From NCBI GenBank assembly GCA_965229705.1, contig OZ245922.1, forward strand, positions 570,001-602,000: 32,000 nucleotides of DNA. Reading direction: 5' to 3'. The notes below the pieces were generated by a model. It saw only the letters and a program-made list of their open reading frames with translations. It did no database searches and was not told the origin of the DNA. The position numbers and the translations under genes are program-made. The stretch comes from Candidatus Saccharimonadota bacterium (GTDB lineage: Bacteria > Patescibacteriota > Gracilibacteria > BD1-5 > UBA6164). Positions 30,181-32,000 of this stretch are shown here, piece after piece (position 1 is the first letter of the stretch; each line of letters starts with the position of its first letter).

Positions 30181-30213
30181 AAAAGTCTCTTTTATTTTAA
30201 AAGAGACTTTTTT
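30181..30213 (+). terminator. Intrinsic terminator
   Basis: aaaagtctctttt-atttt-aaaagagactttt, a 13-bp stem, followed by a T run. Confidence 0.7.
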
Positions 30214-30284
30214 ATTTTCGCCTTTTCCCTGTATATATGTAGTAGAAAAAAGTGTATTTTGTTCCTTATTAAAGTTCTATAATT

Positions 30285-31964
30285 ATGAAAAGGTTTATAA
30301 GTCTTCTGATGCTCGCGTCTATATTTGCTATGAGTTCTCATGTTACGAACACCCATGCAAATATTAATTTTTGAGTCACTCCGATTAAGTATGAACTCGA
30401 GATGGATCCCGAAGAGTCTATCACGCTCACAGCATGAATACGAAACAACTCTCTCCAAGAGCGAACCATGACAACACTTTCGGCAGACTTCACTTCTGAT
30501 GGAACCAGTGGAACTCCAAGATTTATACGAGATAATTCTGAGATAAACCCCGATCAACATCTCGCAAGTTGGATAGAGATTAGTGAAGATCAACTGACAC
30601 TCGCCTCGTGAGAGTTTCAAGAGATAGAGTTCACTATTACCGTTCCTGAAGATGCAACTCCTGGAGGTCATTATGGTGCTGTACTGTTTCGCGTCGTAAA
30701 TAATACTGGTGGATGAGATGTAAAAGTAGATGTCGATTATGGAATACTCATCCTTGTAGATGTTTCTGGAGAACGAATTGTCGATGTCGTTATTGAGACT
30801 CCGACTGTGAGTAGTGGAAGCTCTAATTCTAGCAGTGATACTTCTACATCTTCTCAAAGTTCTAGTAGCTCTAGTACAAGCTCTTCAAGCTGATGAGGAT
30901 ACTCAAGTTATAAAAGAGAAAGATGAGACCAGCAAGGTTCACAAACTCCTCCGTCTCTTGATCTTGCTCGATATCAGGTATATTTCCCTCAAGAAGTCAG
31001 TCAGCCACAATATACTACTGAAGAAGGAGCTGAACCACTTGAAAGTGTTGTTCCTCCTCAAGTCGCGCAAGTTTCACAGGAGGAAGATACAGATTCTCAA
31101 AACCTTGAAGAAGCAGATGAAACCTCTGAGGAATACATCGAAAACCTGGCTCAAGATATTATAAACTCACTTGAAAATACTCAGGAAGATACCGAAGAAA
31201 ATACCGATATTGAAGTAGCTCAAGAGGAAGACTCTTCCCTACAAGAAGATATCCTCTCTTTTGATAACCAACCCCCTCTCGCAGAGGATACTACTAACAC
31301 TGTCTCTGATGATCAAAACACCAATCTCTGAGACGATACTGAGCAAGACTCTTCATTTGGAATTACTTTCTCTCTTCCGGTAGAAAACAAAGGAAATACC
31401 CATGTAAAACCTCAATGAAAGATTACTCTCAGAAATGAAGATGGTGAAGTCATTCGCGCGGTAGGAAAAGAAGTAGTAGCAAACTCTCTTGGAGCTATTG
31501 TTGATGAAAAAATAGTAGACTACATCCCTATCAATGATCAGTGAGGAAATGTTCTCCCTTTTTCTACTCGAGTGTTTAGTGCTGAGTGGAAAGGGTTTCC
31601 CTACAAGACCTATAATCAGTTTGGAGAACCTCAGATTAACTACTGGACTCCTGAAGAGTATTATGAAAAGTCTCGTACCGAGTCTGGAAATATCTATGTA
31701 AATTTTTGGGAAAAAGTGAGTAAAAAGGATATCCAAGCAAATATCTTTGCCGATTTTGAGCTATCGTATAAAGATGAGGAATGAAAAGATGTATGGTATG
31801 AATCAACACAGGTTTTCCCTATAGAATATACTGCTACCATCGTTGAAAATAATGAAAAAGTTCTCTACAGTCTTGCTGGGCTCGCGTTTGTGATGAGTAT
31901 TGCGATGATATTTGCTGTTTCTCAAGGAATAAGCGCTGTGTGAGGGCTGTTTATGAGGAAGTAG
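30285..31964 (+). CDS. Membrane-anchored surface protein: DUF916-like N-terminal domain, long Ser-rich/acidic linker, second beta domain, C-terminal TM anchor
   Basis: Translation MKRFISLLMLASIFAMSSHVTNTHANINFGVTPIKYELEMDPEESITLTAGIRNNS...ASWIEISEDQLTLASGEFQEIEFTITVPEDATPGGHYGAVLF... Ends ...LYSLAGLAFVMSIAMIFAV.., stop TAG 31962-31964. The frame was checked at both ends. The 221-aa antisense ORF and the 116-aa alternate-frame ORF in the track lie in the low-complexity linker. Confidence 0.75.
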
Positions 31965-32000
31965 GTATCTTGGTAGAATTATGCATATAGCCGTATCTGT

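Noticed and set aside
30814-31164. 116-aa plus-strand ORF (and 11146-11442 +, 98 aa) in an alternative frame.
   Set aside because: These are low-complexity Ser/Glu/Lys-rich linkers that leave several frames open. The chosen frames are continuous with recognisable domains on both sides.
1-32000. Translation table 4 (UGA = Trp, Mycoplasma-type) as the explanation for in-frame TGA.
   Set aside because: Conserved tryptophans (for example WWIRQ in RpoD, EW in the FISUMP domains) are TGG. TGA aligns with conserved Gly and with GGN codons in paralogs. The UCA tRNA carries Gly, not Trp, identity elements.
31981-32000. ATG at 31981 possibly starting another gene.
   Set aside because: Only 20 nt are visible, so it cannot be evaluated.

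Overview
AT-rich bacterial chromosome segment that only reads sensibly with UGA = glycine (translation table 25). This points to a Gracilibacteria/Absconditabacteria-type (CPR/Patescibacteria) genome. The supplied standard-code ORF track is therefore fragmented, and most of its antisense ORFs are artefacts. All coordinates below come from manual retranslation with TGA=Gly. Contents, left to right: (1) 96-4637, a tandem array of three paralogous genes fusing a type IV pilin N-terminus to a Fibrobacter-succinogenes-major-paralogous (FISUMP) type domain; each copy is interrupted by a single +1 frame change at a TAG/TAA. (2) A VirD4/TraG-like coupling ATPase with an overlapping small gene, a membrane protein, and a RelE/ParE-like toxin-antitoxin pair. 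(3) A housekeeping block: rsmI, a DUF721-like gene, tRNA-Gly(UCA) (the UGA decoder), a TM-helix membrane protein, an RsmB/F-type m5C methyltransferase, mtaB, lspA, a membrane protein, AMMECR1, yraN, dnaG, and rpoD, with a repeat array and a small secreted-protein gene lying between dnaG and rpoD. (4) A 786-aa secreted protein. (5) An IS481-like remnant whose 44-bp terminal repeat has an identical inverted copy 13.2 kb away. (6) A minus-strand family of secreted proteins sharing an N-terminal module but carrying different beta-propeller heads (RCC1, LVIVD, and one truncated copy). (7) A three-gene surface-protein cluster resembling WxL/DUF916 loci. Most start codons sit behind A-rich stretches with no obvious GGAGG Shine-Dalgarno. 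No rRNA or CRISPR array was seen. All functional calls rest on motif recognition by eye; no database search was possible.
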